Source: Squalus acanthias (Eukaryota). From it: a stretch of 64,000 nt of DNA. Below the pieces are notes generated by a model. That model saw nothing but the letters and a program-made list of their open reading frames with translations. It was not told where the DNA came from and did not search any database. The position numbers and the translations under genes were made by a program. The DNA lies in the NCBI GenBank assembly GCA_030390025.1, contig CM059431.1, forward strand, positions 130,140,001-130,204,000. Direction: 5' to 3'. The number at the start of each line of letters is the position of its first letter. Positions within the stretch are counted from its first letter, which is position 1. Below are positions 26,328 to 37,522 of this stretch, piece after piece.

Positions 26328-26427
26328 TTTCAAATAAACCTGTTGGACTATAACCTGGTGTTGTGCGACTTTTCACATTTGTCCACCCCAGTCCAACACC
26401 GGCATCTCCACAATATGTAGATTAACG

Positions 26428-27810
26428 TAGAAACATAGAAATATAGAACATAGGAGCAGGAGTAGGCCATTCGGGCCCTCCTGCTTGCTCCGCCATTCAG
26501 TGCGATCATGGCTGATCATCCAAATTCAGTACCCTGTCCCTGCTTTCTCCCCATATCCCTTGATCCCCTTAGCCTTAAGAAATATATCTAATTCCTTCTT
26601 GAATATATTTAATGAATTGCCCTCAACTGCCTTCTGTGGTAGAGAATTCCACACGTTCACCACACCCTGGGTGAAGAAGTTCCTCCTCATCTCAGTCCTA
26701 AATGCTTACCCCTTATCCTTAGACTGTGACCCCTGGTTCTGGACTCCCCGCCATCGTGAACAGCCTTCCTGCATCTAGTCTGTCTAGTCCTGTTAGAATT
26801 TTATAAGTTTCAATGAGATCCCCTCTCATTCTTCTAAACTCTAGCGAATATAAGCCTAATCGACCCAATCTCTCTTCATACGTCATTCCTGCCATCCCAG
26901 GTATCAGTCTGGTGAATCTTCGCTGCACTCCCTCCATGGCAAGAACATCCTTCCTCAGATAAGGTGACCAAAACTGCACACAATACTCAAGGTGTGGTCT
27001 CACCAAGGCCTTGTACAACTGCAGCAAGACATCCTTGCTCCTGTACTCGAATCCTCTTGCTATGAAGGCCAACATACCATTCGCCTTCTTAACCGCCTGC
27101 TGCACCTGCATGCTTACCTTCAGCGACTGGTGCACAAGGACACCCAGGTCTCGTTGCACTTCCCCTTTTCCCAATCTATTGCCGTTCAGATAATAATCTG
27201 CCTTCCTGTTTTTGCCACCAAAGTGGATAATGTCGCATTTATCCACATTATACTGCATCTGCCATATCACCCAACCTGTCCAAATCATACTGGAGTTTCT
27301 CTGCATCCTCCTCACAGCACACACGCCCACCCAGCTTTGTGTCATCTGCAAACTTGGAGATATTACATCTAGTTCCCTCGTCTAGATCATTAATATATAT
27401 TGATTATAACTGGGGTCCTAGCACCGATCCCTGCGGTAACCCACTAGTCACTGCCTGCCACTCGGAAAAAGGCCCGTTTATTCCAACTCTTTGCTTCCTG
27501 TCTGCCAACCAGTTTTCTATCCAAGTCAGTACCTTACCCCCAATCCCATGTGCTTTAACTTTGCACGATAATCTCTTATGCAGGACCTTATCGAAAGCCT
27601 TCTGAAAGTCCAAATACACCACATCCACTGGTTCTCCCTTATCTATTCTACCAGTTACATCCTCAAAAAATTCCAGTAGATTAGTCAGGCATGATTTACC
27701 TTTTGTAAATCCATGTTGACTTTGTCCGATCCTGTCACTGTTTTCCAAGTGCTCTGCTATTACATCTTTTATAATGGACTCTAGCATTTTCCCCACTACC
27801 GATGTCAGGC
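26428..27810 (-). mobile_element. 5'-truncated CR1 LINE (RT half)
   Basis: QHGFTKGKSCLTNL, PQGSVLGP, RPHLEYCVQFW; TAGAAACA tail at 26428. Confidence 0.92.
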
Positions 27811-28996
27811 TTTTTCTGAGCTGGTGCTTGGTGTTGGGTCTGTTCAGTGATGACAGACTCGACATCTGGGAGACTAGCGTGGAGGCGAGTTGACAACGGG
27901 TTCTGTACGCGCTGTGAAAAACAAATATTCCCAGCCGACCCACCACCAAACACGTCCGCTGACTCCCCGAAAAATTCCCTCCACTGTCATTCGATATGAC
28001 ACTTGCAGGCACCAGCTCAGAAAATGGCACTGTGCGAAGTTTAGAGGGTAATAAAGAGGCTGGATCTGCATTTGCTTAGTCACTAGGCTCGAGTGGCCTG
28101 TAGCCAGGGTAGGAGGAAAGGTTAGTGCAGGTGCCAGCTCCCCGGAGGCCGAGGTCGCACACGAGTTCTGCTCCAGAGGAGTCGGATGAGGACTTCGATG
28201 GTGCATGCACACAGAAGCATGATGGCCATGCACACAAATTCTTGGTGCTTTGGCAGGCCTGCCAGAGAGCTTGTTGTCACTGTCAAGGAGCATGGAGGAG
28301 CCCAGCTCCAACCTTGCACAGGGCTTTGTGCAGAGCTTGGGACCCATGATTTCCAGGATGGAAGTGATGGGCAACTCCATTAGAGCACTTGTGGATCCAA
28401 CCATGATGCAGGGTCTGATGGGCGATGTCGCAGCTTCCATTGCAGCACAAGCGGAAGCGACCCAGCGTCTTGAGTACTGCAGTAGAGCTCAGACTGCTGC
28501 CATCGTGGTTGCATTTACCAGTGTGGAAAGGGGCTTGCAGGGTCTCACAGCAGTCCAATAATCTGTTCTCCAACAGATTACTAGGCATGCTGAGGCGCCA
28601 ACCCGGGGGAGTGGCTGTGGCTCCGTGGAGCGCGAATGTGCTGTCCTCTCTCAGGATGACAGCATTCATACTCCCTGCACTGCCACTCCGCCAGTGCCCT
28701 TGCTGTTGCCTGTCAGCCAGCCAGCCCATACTGCTGCCGCCCATGCCGAGGTGGTGCAGTCTACAGCCGGGCCTTCTAGACACAGAACTGCTTGAGGTCG
28801 TCCTGCAAGGCCATCTGCAGTCTCGCCCACTGAAAGTCAGCAGCTTTCCACCAGCCATGCTGCAGCCACTGGGGTAGCACTACATAGGAGCACTAGATTA
28901 GGCAAAGGCACATGAAAGACAGGCAGTAAGGGAATGCACAAGGGTGATTAGTTGACTTTGTTATACAGTTTTGGAATGAATCATTTATAAATTATG

Positions 28997-29121
28997 AAAG
29001 GTCATCGACCTGAAACGTTAACTCTCTTTCTCTCTCCACGGATGCTGCCTGGCCTGCTGAGTTTTTCCAGCGTTTTCTGTTGTTATTTCGGATTTCCAGC
29101 ATCCGCAGTATTTTGCTATCC
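28997..29121 (+). mobile_element. Short Penelope-derived insertion truncated within the hammerhead core
   Basis: 15-bp TSD CATTTATAAATTATG (28982-28996, 29122-29136). AGGTC-ATC-GACCT-GAAACGTTAACT. Confidence 0.8.
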
Positions 29122-29259
29122 CATTTATAAATTATGTTTGGAATGTTTGTTTTGTGGCTTTCATTTCAGCATTGTGACCAAGAGGACACTGTGATGTTCT
29201 ATGACAGAGGGATGGTAAGGTGGGGAAGTGTTGAGCAATGGGGATCTGAGGTTTCATTC

Positions 29260-30180
29260 AGGGGAACTGAAGTCTGATGATGCGCTCACGGACAGCCCGT
29301 CCGGAACATGGATTTGCAGGCTACCTCCTCCCTTCCTCCTTCTCCTCCTCCTCTTCCTCCTCCTGAGGTGGTCTTGGAACCCGTGGTGGCAAGGGCTGTG
29401 CCCTCATGATGGCCAAGTTGTGGAGGATGCAGCAGACTACCGCGAATTGGGGCACCCGCTCCAGCGAGTACTGGAGGGCTCCTCCCGAGCAGTCAAGGCA
29501 TTGGAACCATTGCTTGAGCACACAGATGGTCTTCTCGATGGCAGCATGACTGTCATTATATGATTGTTGGCCACAGGTGGTGGGGTTGCAGAGGGGAGTC
29601 ATGAGCCAGGTGTAGAGCGAATAGCCCTTGTCACCTAGTAGCCACCCTTGAGTTCGACGTGGTGGCTGGAAGATTGCTGGCACAGTGGATTGGCGAAGGA
29701 TGATGGCATCATGACTGCTGCCAGGATACCGGGCATTCACCATCATGATGTGCTGGGTGTAGTCACACACAAACTGCACATTAAGTGAGTGGTACCCATT
29801 GATATGCAGTGCCCTCAAAGCCATTTGTGTGCAGTCGATATCACCGTGCACCATGGGGAAGCCCGATGTCCTGGCAAAGCCCCGTGCGCACTCCTCCTGC
29901 TTTTCTCTGTTTAGAGAGAAGACAATGAAATCCCCTCTCCTAGAGTAGAGCGCCCCTGCGACCTCCTGGATGCAACTGCGAGATGTTTGCTATGTCGCTT
30001 GTTCCAGCCTGGAAGGATCTGCTGGCGAAAAAACTGAGGGCCACGGTCACCTTGAGGACCACTGGCAGAGTCGTCATCGCCCTGCTCTGAGGCTGCAGGT
30101 GTGGTTCCAAGAGATGGCAGAGTTCTTTGACCACCTCCTTGGTGAAGTGAAATCGATGAACACACTGTTCCTGGCCTCAC
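29260..30180 (-). pseudogene. Harbinger DDE transposase (HARBI1-like family) of element E
   Basis: VKVTVAL-like helix, IDCT, YPGSSHD, WLLGDKGY, IEKTICVLK and an acidic tail, with frameshifts. Confidence 0.9.
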
Positions 30181-31309
30181 CAAGACAGTAAACAGCGGGG
30201 GCCTCGCCGGAAGCTATTGTTTTTCAAAACTGGCGCTAAGACTAATTTCACGGCCACGATTTCTGCAGTGATCAATTTCAAAACAATATCTTGCTTAGTA
30301 CAGTATATTCAATGGTTGATGGAGCTTATGTGTGTTAATCAACGCCTTCCTTTTGAATTTGTTTACTTTTGGTGTAATTCCATTCCAGTTCATCTGTCAA
30401 AAGAGAAGCAATGATTATTTCAGTGGCTGTTTTTGTTCAACAGCAGGAAATCTAAAGCAGTGCTTCATTTAAATGGCTGCTATTTCATTAGGTGGATCTA
30501 TTTACTACTAGCAAATAAATCTGGGGTGGAGGAAATATGAACCTGATTTATTGAAATGAATGTGACAATCGAGAGGAAGGGAGTTTCATGTTAATGCACC
30601 CTTCACATATGGAAATGCTCACTATTTTACAGCTAAGACAATTAAGGCAAAGTGGAATGTTGATTGTAATTATAGTTAGCTTATTAATGGTGACTCTGCA
30701 TTCTTTCCGAAGACCTGCATTAATTTCCAGCACTAATGGAGATCTTGCTGTATCATTGGAATACTGCACCAGGAGTTTTATATCAAGCAGGCAGACTATA
30801 GTACCCCGATCATGCACTCTAATTAGTCAAAACCTTGAAATTGAACCTGAGAAATTATCTTAATAGGCAGGATAAGTTATTGTAAGAAGGTTAACGATGC
30901 TTTTCTTGGTAAAGATTTGTCATGAGGCAGTATATAAATCATTTGTATGTGCACCTCATTGTAAAAAATGTTAAGTCAGGAAATAAGTGCGTTGGAAAAA
31001 ATGCATTAGCAAGCATTTTTGGGGTCATAAAAGCCACTAACAATGATCATTTCTGCTGTGACCTTATTCTGAAAACTGCTTCGGTACAATGTCTGAGCAA
31101 TGATAGGGAGAGCAGGCGTTCAACAGCTGGAAGGAGTCTCCAGCAGTGCTATTTAAAGGGATCATCAGCAATCAGTTGCACCTGATATGGTTATGCCGTT
31201 TGAGTGGGTCTGTGCTACTTTCTGCAACTCCAACATATTTCTTTACTTCTTTCAAGGTTCTTTGGTAACGGTGAGTGTTATTGCAAGTGCAGAACTCCAT
31301 TATTTTTTA

Positions 31310-32486
31310 AAGGGTTCTGCTCACAACACTTGCTCACAGTCATCTTGGCTGTACTGGCAGTCGACCTCGCCCTCCAGGATCTAAGGCAGATGAAGTGGAG
31401 GCAGCGAGGAAGATGGGAACATGCGCGCAGAGGGAGGAGGAGGAGGGCCATGAGGGCGCTCAACAGGAGGCCTTAACCACCTAGGGTCTTCCGACAGCAC
31501 TTCTCCTACCTGTAATTAAGCAAGGAGCAGTGCATTAGGAGGCTCCACTTTAGCAAGGAGGTGGTCACAGAACTCTGCCACCTCCTGCAACCAGACCTGC
31601 AGCCTGAGAGCAGGGTGACCACGGCTCTCCCAGTGGCAGTCAAGGTCACCGTGGCCCTCAATTTCTTCGCCAGCGGATCCTTCCAGTCTGCAGCAGGAGA
31701 TATAGCTAACATCTCAGTTTGCCGTGCTTTGCTGCATCCGGGAGGTCACTGAGGCTCTCTACACCAGGAGAAGTAACTACGTTGGCTTCTCTTTCAGCAG
31801 GGAGAAGCAGGACGAGCGCGCATGTGGCTTTGCCAGGTAGCGGGCTTCCCCACGGTGCAGTGTGTCATTGACTGCACACATGTGGCTTTGTGGGCGTCAC
31901 ATTACAATACTGAGATCTTCCGTAACCGCAAAGGCCACCACTCACTTAATGTGCAGTTGGTGTGCGACCACAGACAGCAAATCCTCAATGTCATTGTCCG
32001 CTATCCTGGTCGCAACCATGATGCCTTCATCCTGCGCCAGTCCGGTGTGCCAGCACTCTTCCAGCCACCACAGCAAACTCGAGGGTGGCTGCTTGGAAAC
32101 AAGGGCTATCCACTCTGCACCTGGCTCATGACTCCCCATCGCAACCCCAACACTCCTGCCCAGCACTTGTATAATGAGAGCCATGCCACCACCAGGAACA
32201 TCACCGAGCAGACCATCGGGCTACTGAAGCTGCCTTGACTGCTCGGGAGAAGCCCTCCAGTACTCGGCAGAGCGGGTATCCCATTTTGTGGTGTCTGCTG
32301 CATACTTCACAATTTGGCCATCGGGGGGGGGCGCAGCTCTTGCCACCAGGAATTGCTCCACCACCTCAGGAGGACGAGGAAGAGGACGAGGAGCAAGAGG
32401 AAGTGGAGGGAAGGAGGAGACAGGCAGCCAATCGACCATCCGGATGGGCTGTCCGTGAGCAGCTCATCAGACTCAGATTCGAATGA
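31310..32486 (+). pseudogene. Harbinger DDE transposase of element F
   Basis: ALPVAVKVTVALNFFASGSFQ, VIDCTHV, YPGRNHDAFIL, WLLGNKGY (catalytic D to N), TRNITEQTIG, with stops and frameshifts. Confidence 0.9.
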
Positions 32487-32643
32487 ATGAAACCCCAGAT
32501 CCCTGTTGCTCATGACATCCCTATCATATCATCCCTGTCTCACGAAATATCACAGCGTCCTCCTGGGCACAAAGCTGAAATGAGAGATACCACAAAAGAT
32601 TCCAAACAAAATTAATAAATTTTATAATAATCAAATCACATAT

Positions 32644-34580
32644 TTACACTAATACTATTAACGAATCACCCTTGTGCAATCCCTGTGTGTCTGTCTTTCG
32701 TGTGGCTTTTCCTAATCTAGTGCTCCTACGAAGTGCTCCCCCAGTAGCTGCAGCACGGCTGGTGGAAGGCTGCTGAGTTTCCGTGTGGGAGGCCACAGAT
32801 GGCCTTGCAGGACGACCTCGAGCAGCTCTGGGCCTAGAAGACCCGGCTGTAGACTGCACCACCTCAGCATGTGTGGCAGCAGTCTGGGGTGGCTGGCTGA
32901 CAGGCAGCGGTAAAGGCAATGACGAAGTGGCAGTGGTGGGAACAGGAATACTGTCATCCTGAGAGAGGACAACAGGGTCCTGGTCCACTGACCCACTGCC
33001 ACTCTCCCAGGGCGGCGCTTCAGCATTCCTAGTAATCTGTGGGAGCACAGATTGCTGGCCTGCAGCAGCACCCTGCAAGCCCTGGTCGATGGTGATAAAC
33101 CCAACCACGATGGCAGCTGTCAGAACTTGGGTGGCACCAAGCAGAGACTGCATGAGAGCAGTCTGAGTTTCCGCTGCAGCACTAAGATGTTGGGTTGCTT
33201 CCGCCTGCGCTGCAATGGAAGCTGAGACATCCTCCATTAAGCGCACCATCACGTCTCTCTGGGAGTGTACCATAATTTCGAGGCTAGAAATCCTGGGCTC
33301 CATGCTCTGCGCAGAGCCCCATGCAGTGATGGCGGCGGACTCCGCCACGCTCCTTGACATTGCCGAGATGCTTTCTGGCAGGCTTGCCATTGCACCCATC
33401 AATTCTGTGTGCATGCCCATCACCCTTCTTCTGAAGGCCTCACCAGCATGGTCCTCATCTGAGTCCGGTGCAGCAGAACTCACACGTGAACCCGCCCTCC
33501 GGGTGAGCTGGCCCCCGAGCTACCCTTTTCCCCTGGCGTTGCTGCAGCCCACTCGTGCCCGTGTCTCACCCTGTGCAGATCCTGCTTCTGCACTAGCCTC
33601 TAAAGTTCGCGTCGTGCCAGTTTCTGAGCTGGTGTCTGCGAGTGAGAGATGCAGTGACATGGTGTCTTCTTCCTCTTCTTCTCCCCCTCACTCTCTGCGG
33701 TGCCCTCGGGGACAGGCTGCTCGGGTGCTTGTTGATTACCTGAAAGCAGAAAGGCACAAGAATCGGGTTATGTTGAGGGGAGCAGGGGGGGTGGAAGCCA
33801 GAAATGCATGCATACAGTATGAGCAGCTTGAAAGTGAGAAAGGATTTTGGGCTGAAGGGGAAGTGGAATGTGAGAAGAAGGATTAGGAATGAACATACCA
33901 TTGTTGTCCCCTAGGGATTGAACCTCGCCGGTTGCCACGGCCTCTACCACATGCCGCCCAATCAGCTGGAGAACTTGCTCCGCGAGCTGGGTGAAGTCCT
34001 GCGTTTCAGTCTGGCCCCGCCAGTCTGCTGCTGCGCCCTCTGATTATGTGCCACCTTGGCCTGCAAGAGAAAGGGAAGTATGTGATTAAGTGTAGTGCAA
34101 TGTGTTTGGGTGATGTGCCTGCCATAGTTGAATAGCTGCTGGTGTGTACAAGATGAGAGATGTGGGTGTGAGTGTTGCAGCAGTGGTAAGGTTGTGAGGC
34201 TGAAGTAAAGCTCTGATTGTGAGGTGTGAGTGGTGATAGGAAGAGATTGTTAGTATGTGAGTGCTGGGGGTGTGGTGCATTGAGGCTTGTGGTGCAGACG
34301 GTGGTATGTGGCATTTGCTGAAGCCTTCACTCACCTTGACCACCCGTGTGAGGTCGTTAAACTTCCTCCTGCACTGGGTGGGTGCCCTGGGGACCACAGT
34401 GCTGGCCGTGACTTGGTCCGCAATCTCATGCCACAAGATCCGGGATGTGTTGGGCGAGGGCCTCCTGCCAGTTTGCTGGTATAGGACCGCCTGCCTCCTC
34501 TCCACCGCAAATACCAATGCCTCTAGAACTTCATCTGAAAACCTCCGGGCTCTCTCCCTTGGTCGAGGATCTGTCATCAC
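32644..34580 (-). pseudogene. Spliced Myb/SANT accessory gene of element F
   Basis: Exons 34580-34335, 34060-33899 and 33739-32644 with GT/AG sites. RRFSDEVLEAL...QCRRKFNDL. Confidence 0.82.
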
Positions 34581-34963
34581 GATTTCTAAATATGTCTCGC
34601 TTGTCCTTCACCTTGTTCTGATTGTTGTTGAGGCAGCTGCAAACCCAACCACCCTGACAATGAGCTGCTGCAGCATTCCCTCCGCTTTAAGTAGTGGAAA
34701 AGGCCTGTGGCCAGCATTACTGTGAATTAGACTAGCCCCGATATTGGCCCACCTGTTGAGCGTTAAGCCAACGAGCTTCAGTTTTAACGCTGAAATCATG
34801 GGCTAGAAATTTGTTATAGCCAAAGAATGGGCAATGTTTAGAATAAAAATGGTTAAGTAGCGGCAGGTGAAAATCATCTAGACTGCATGCAAAATTCGTC
34901 CTCACTCCTCATTAAAATGATTGCAGTCATGATTCTAGTCTAAAAACCCAAGCTCATTGGTGT

Positions 34964-35261
34964 TACACTGAAAAGATGGTGGGCGCCGCGGGGACTGGAG
35001 TGCATCGTCACCCCGGGCAACCAAATTTTAATTTAATTTGTTAAGTTTCCTTTAAAGTTTTATTGATTTACAGATATTTGATTGGTACCATTCAAAAAAA
35101 AGAGTACACTGAAAAGATGGTGGGCGCCGCGGGGACTGGAGTGCATCATCACCCCGGCCAACCAAATTTTAATTTAAGTTGTTAAGTTTTATTTAAAGTT
35201 TTATTAAGTTACAGACAATTTGTTTAGCCACCCACACAAAAAGAGTACACTGAAAAGATGG
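34964..35261 (+). repeat. 141-bp period array: three identical 16-mers separated by two related 125-bp units
   Basis: TACACTGAAAAGATGG at 34964, 35105 and 35246. Confidence 0.92.
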
Positions 35262-35848
35262 ACCAATATCGGGTGTCGTCTAAACTCAAGTAATGATTGC
35301 CACCGGCTTTTTTCATTACTTAAAGGGAAGGTTCATTGATGCTGCAGCACCTCATTCTCAGCATTGTTGGGCATGCAGCTGCCTCAACAACCATAAGAAG
35401 AAGGACAAGGAGAAGGAGCACTTATTTACAAATCGTGATGGCAGATCACCGCCCCAGGGAGAGAGTCCGGAGGTTTTCGGATGAAGCTTTGGAGGCATTT
35501 GTTTTAGCGGTGGAGAGAAGGCAGGCGGTCCTGTACCAACTGGTAGGAGGTCCTCACCAGAAGTCTGCCAGACTATGTGGAGGGAGGTGGCACACCACGT
35601 CATGGGCAGCACTGTGCTCCCCAGATCCCACACCCAGTGCAGGAGGAAGTTTTAACGGGCTCACACGGGTGGTCAGGATGAGTGAAGGCTTCAACAAATG
35701 CTACAGACCACCATCTGTACCACAAGCTTCTCACACTGCTCAATGCACCACACCCCCAGCACTCACCCATGAACAATCTCTACCTAGCAACACTCACACC
35801 CACATCTCACACCGTGCACACAATGACAGCTATTCAATTATGACAGGC

Positions 35849-37522
35849 ACAACAACAACAACAACTTGTATTTATATAGCGCCTTTAACGTAGTAAAACA
35901 TCCCAAGGCGCTGCACTAGAGTATTTTCAGACAAAAAAAATTTGACACCGAGCCACATAAGGATAGATTAGGGCAGGTGACCAAAAGCTTGGTCAAAGAG
36001 GTAAGTTTTAAGGAGCGTCTTAAAGGAGGAAAGAGAGGTAGCGAGGGGGAGAGGTTTAGGTAGGGAATTCCAGAGCTTAGGGCCCAGGCAACAGAAGGCA
36101 CGGCCACCAATGGTTGAGCAATTATAATCAGGGATGCTCAAGACGGCAGAATTAGAGAAGTGCAGATATCTTGGGGGGGTTGTGGGGCTGAAGGAGATTA
36201 CAGAGATAGGGAGGGGCGAGGCCATGAAGGGATTTGAAAACAAGGATGAGAATTTTGAAATCGAGGCGCTGCTTAACTGGGAGCCGATGTAGGTCAGCGA
36301 GCACAGGGGTGATGGGCGAACGGGACTTGGTGCCAGTTAGGACACGGGCAGCCGAGTTTTGGATGACCTCAAGTTTACGTAGAGTAGAATGTGGGAGGCC
36401 AGCCAGGAGTGCGTTGGAATAGTCAAGTCTAGAGGTAACAAAGGCAGCGGATGAGCTGAGGCAAGGGCGGAGACGGGCAATGTTACGGAGGTGGAAATAG
36501 GCGGTCTTTGTTATGCTGCGGATATGTGGTCGGAAGCTCATTTCAGGGTCAAATATGACACCAAGGTTGCGAACAGTGTGATTCAACCTCAGACAGATGT
36601 TAGTGAGAGGGATGGAGTCAGTGGCTAGGGAACGGAGTTTGTGGCGGGGACCGAAAACAATGGCTTCGGTCTTCCCAATATTTAATTGGAGAACATTTTG
36701 GCTCATCCAGAAGTGTATGTCGGACAAGCAGTCTGACAATTTAGAGACCGTGAAGGGGTCGAGAGAAGAGGTACTGAGGTAGTGCTGGGTGTCATTAGCA
36801 TACATGTGGAAACTGACGCTGTGTTTTCGGATGATTTCGCCAAGGGGCAACATGTAGATGAGAAATAGGAGGGGGCCAAGGATAGATCCTTGGGGGACAC
36901 CAGAAGTAACGATGCGGGAGCGGGAAGAGAAGCCATTACAGGTGATTCTCTGGCTACGATTAGATAGATAAGAATGGAACCAGGCGAGTGCAGTCCCACC
37001 CAGCTGGACGATGGTGGAGAGGCGTTGGAGAAGGATGGAGTGGTCAACCGTGTCACAAAAGCTGTAGACAAGTCAAGAAGGATGAGGAGGGATAGTTTAC
37101 CTTAGTCACAGTCACAAAGGATGTAATTTGTGACTTTGATGAGAGCCATTTCGGTACTGTGGTAAGGGCAGAAACCTGATTGGAGGGATTCAAACATGGA
37201 ATTGCGGGAAAGATGGGCACGGATTTGGGAGGTGACAACACGTTCAAGGACCTTGGAGAGGAAAGGGAGGTTGGAGATGGGGTGGTAGTTTGCAAGGACG
37301 GAGGGATCAAGGGTTGTTTTTTTGAGGAGAGGGGTGATGACGGCAGATTTGAGGAAGAGGGGGACAGTATCTGAGGAGAGAGAACAGTTAACAATATCAG
37401 CTAACATGGGAGCCAGAAGAGGAAGTTGGGTGGTCAGCAGTTTGGTGGGAATAGGGCCGAGGGAGCAGGAGGTGTGTCTCATGGACAAGGTGAGCACAGA
37501 GAGATCATGAGGGGAGATTGGA
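35849..37522 (-). mobile_element. 5'-truncated L2 LINE inside element G
   Basis: PISNLPFLSKVLE, YANDTQ, LNIGKTE, FVTSRLDYSN and IQNSAARVL motifs; (TTG)n tail at 35849. Confidence 0.92.

Larger units (their letters stand above)
25988..26410 (-). mobile_element. Internally deleted Penelope-like element with inverted pseudo-LTRs
   Basis: 15-bp TSD CAATATGTAGATTAA (25973-25987, 26411-26425). 113-bp inverted repeat with 2 mismatches. Minus ORF 26264-26136 MATIDTTNCRLKVERISKKIAHIDTDIKFLQRCKKADKIPKD* resembles the PLE N-terminal FLxxCxxxxxIPK motif. Confidence 0.88.
23510..26426 (-). mobile_element. 5'-truncated CR1 LINE (ORF2 pseudogene)
   Basis: SDHNMI, NYRPVSFTSV, DFQKAFDKVPH and RPHLENCVQFW fragments; AACATAAG tail at 23510. 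Confidence 0.92.
21892..27982 (+). mobile_element. Harbinger family X copy 2, nested in element E and split by CR1s (about 23510-27826)
   Basis: Ends GGCTGCGATTTCG / AAAAATTCCCTCC, TSD ACT, collinear with 16-1754. Confidence 0.85.
20727..30255. mobile_element. Two-gene Harbinger element E (Myb on +, transposase on -) with nested insertions
   Basis: Degenerate TIRs GGGGGATAAATTGG / CTAATTTCACGGCC. Myb exon 1 from 21048 (PRFSDAAMEVL...WMQCRKKFN), resuming at 27983. No clean TSD. Confidence 0.8.

Noticed and set aside
34964..35261. CRISPR array
   Set aside because: Eukaryotic context, spacers are long and homologous to each other, and there are no cas genes.
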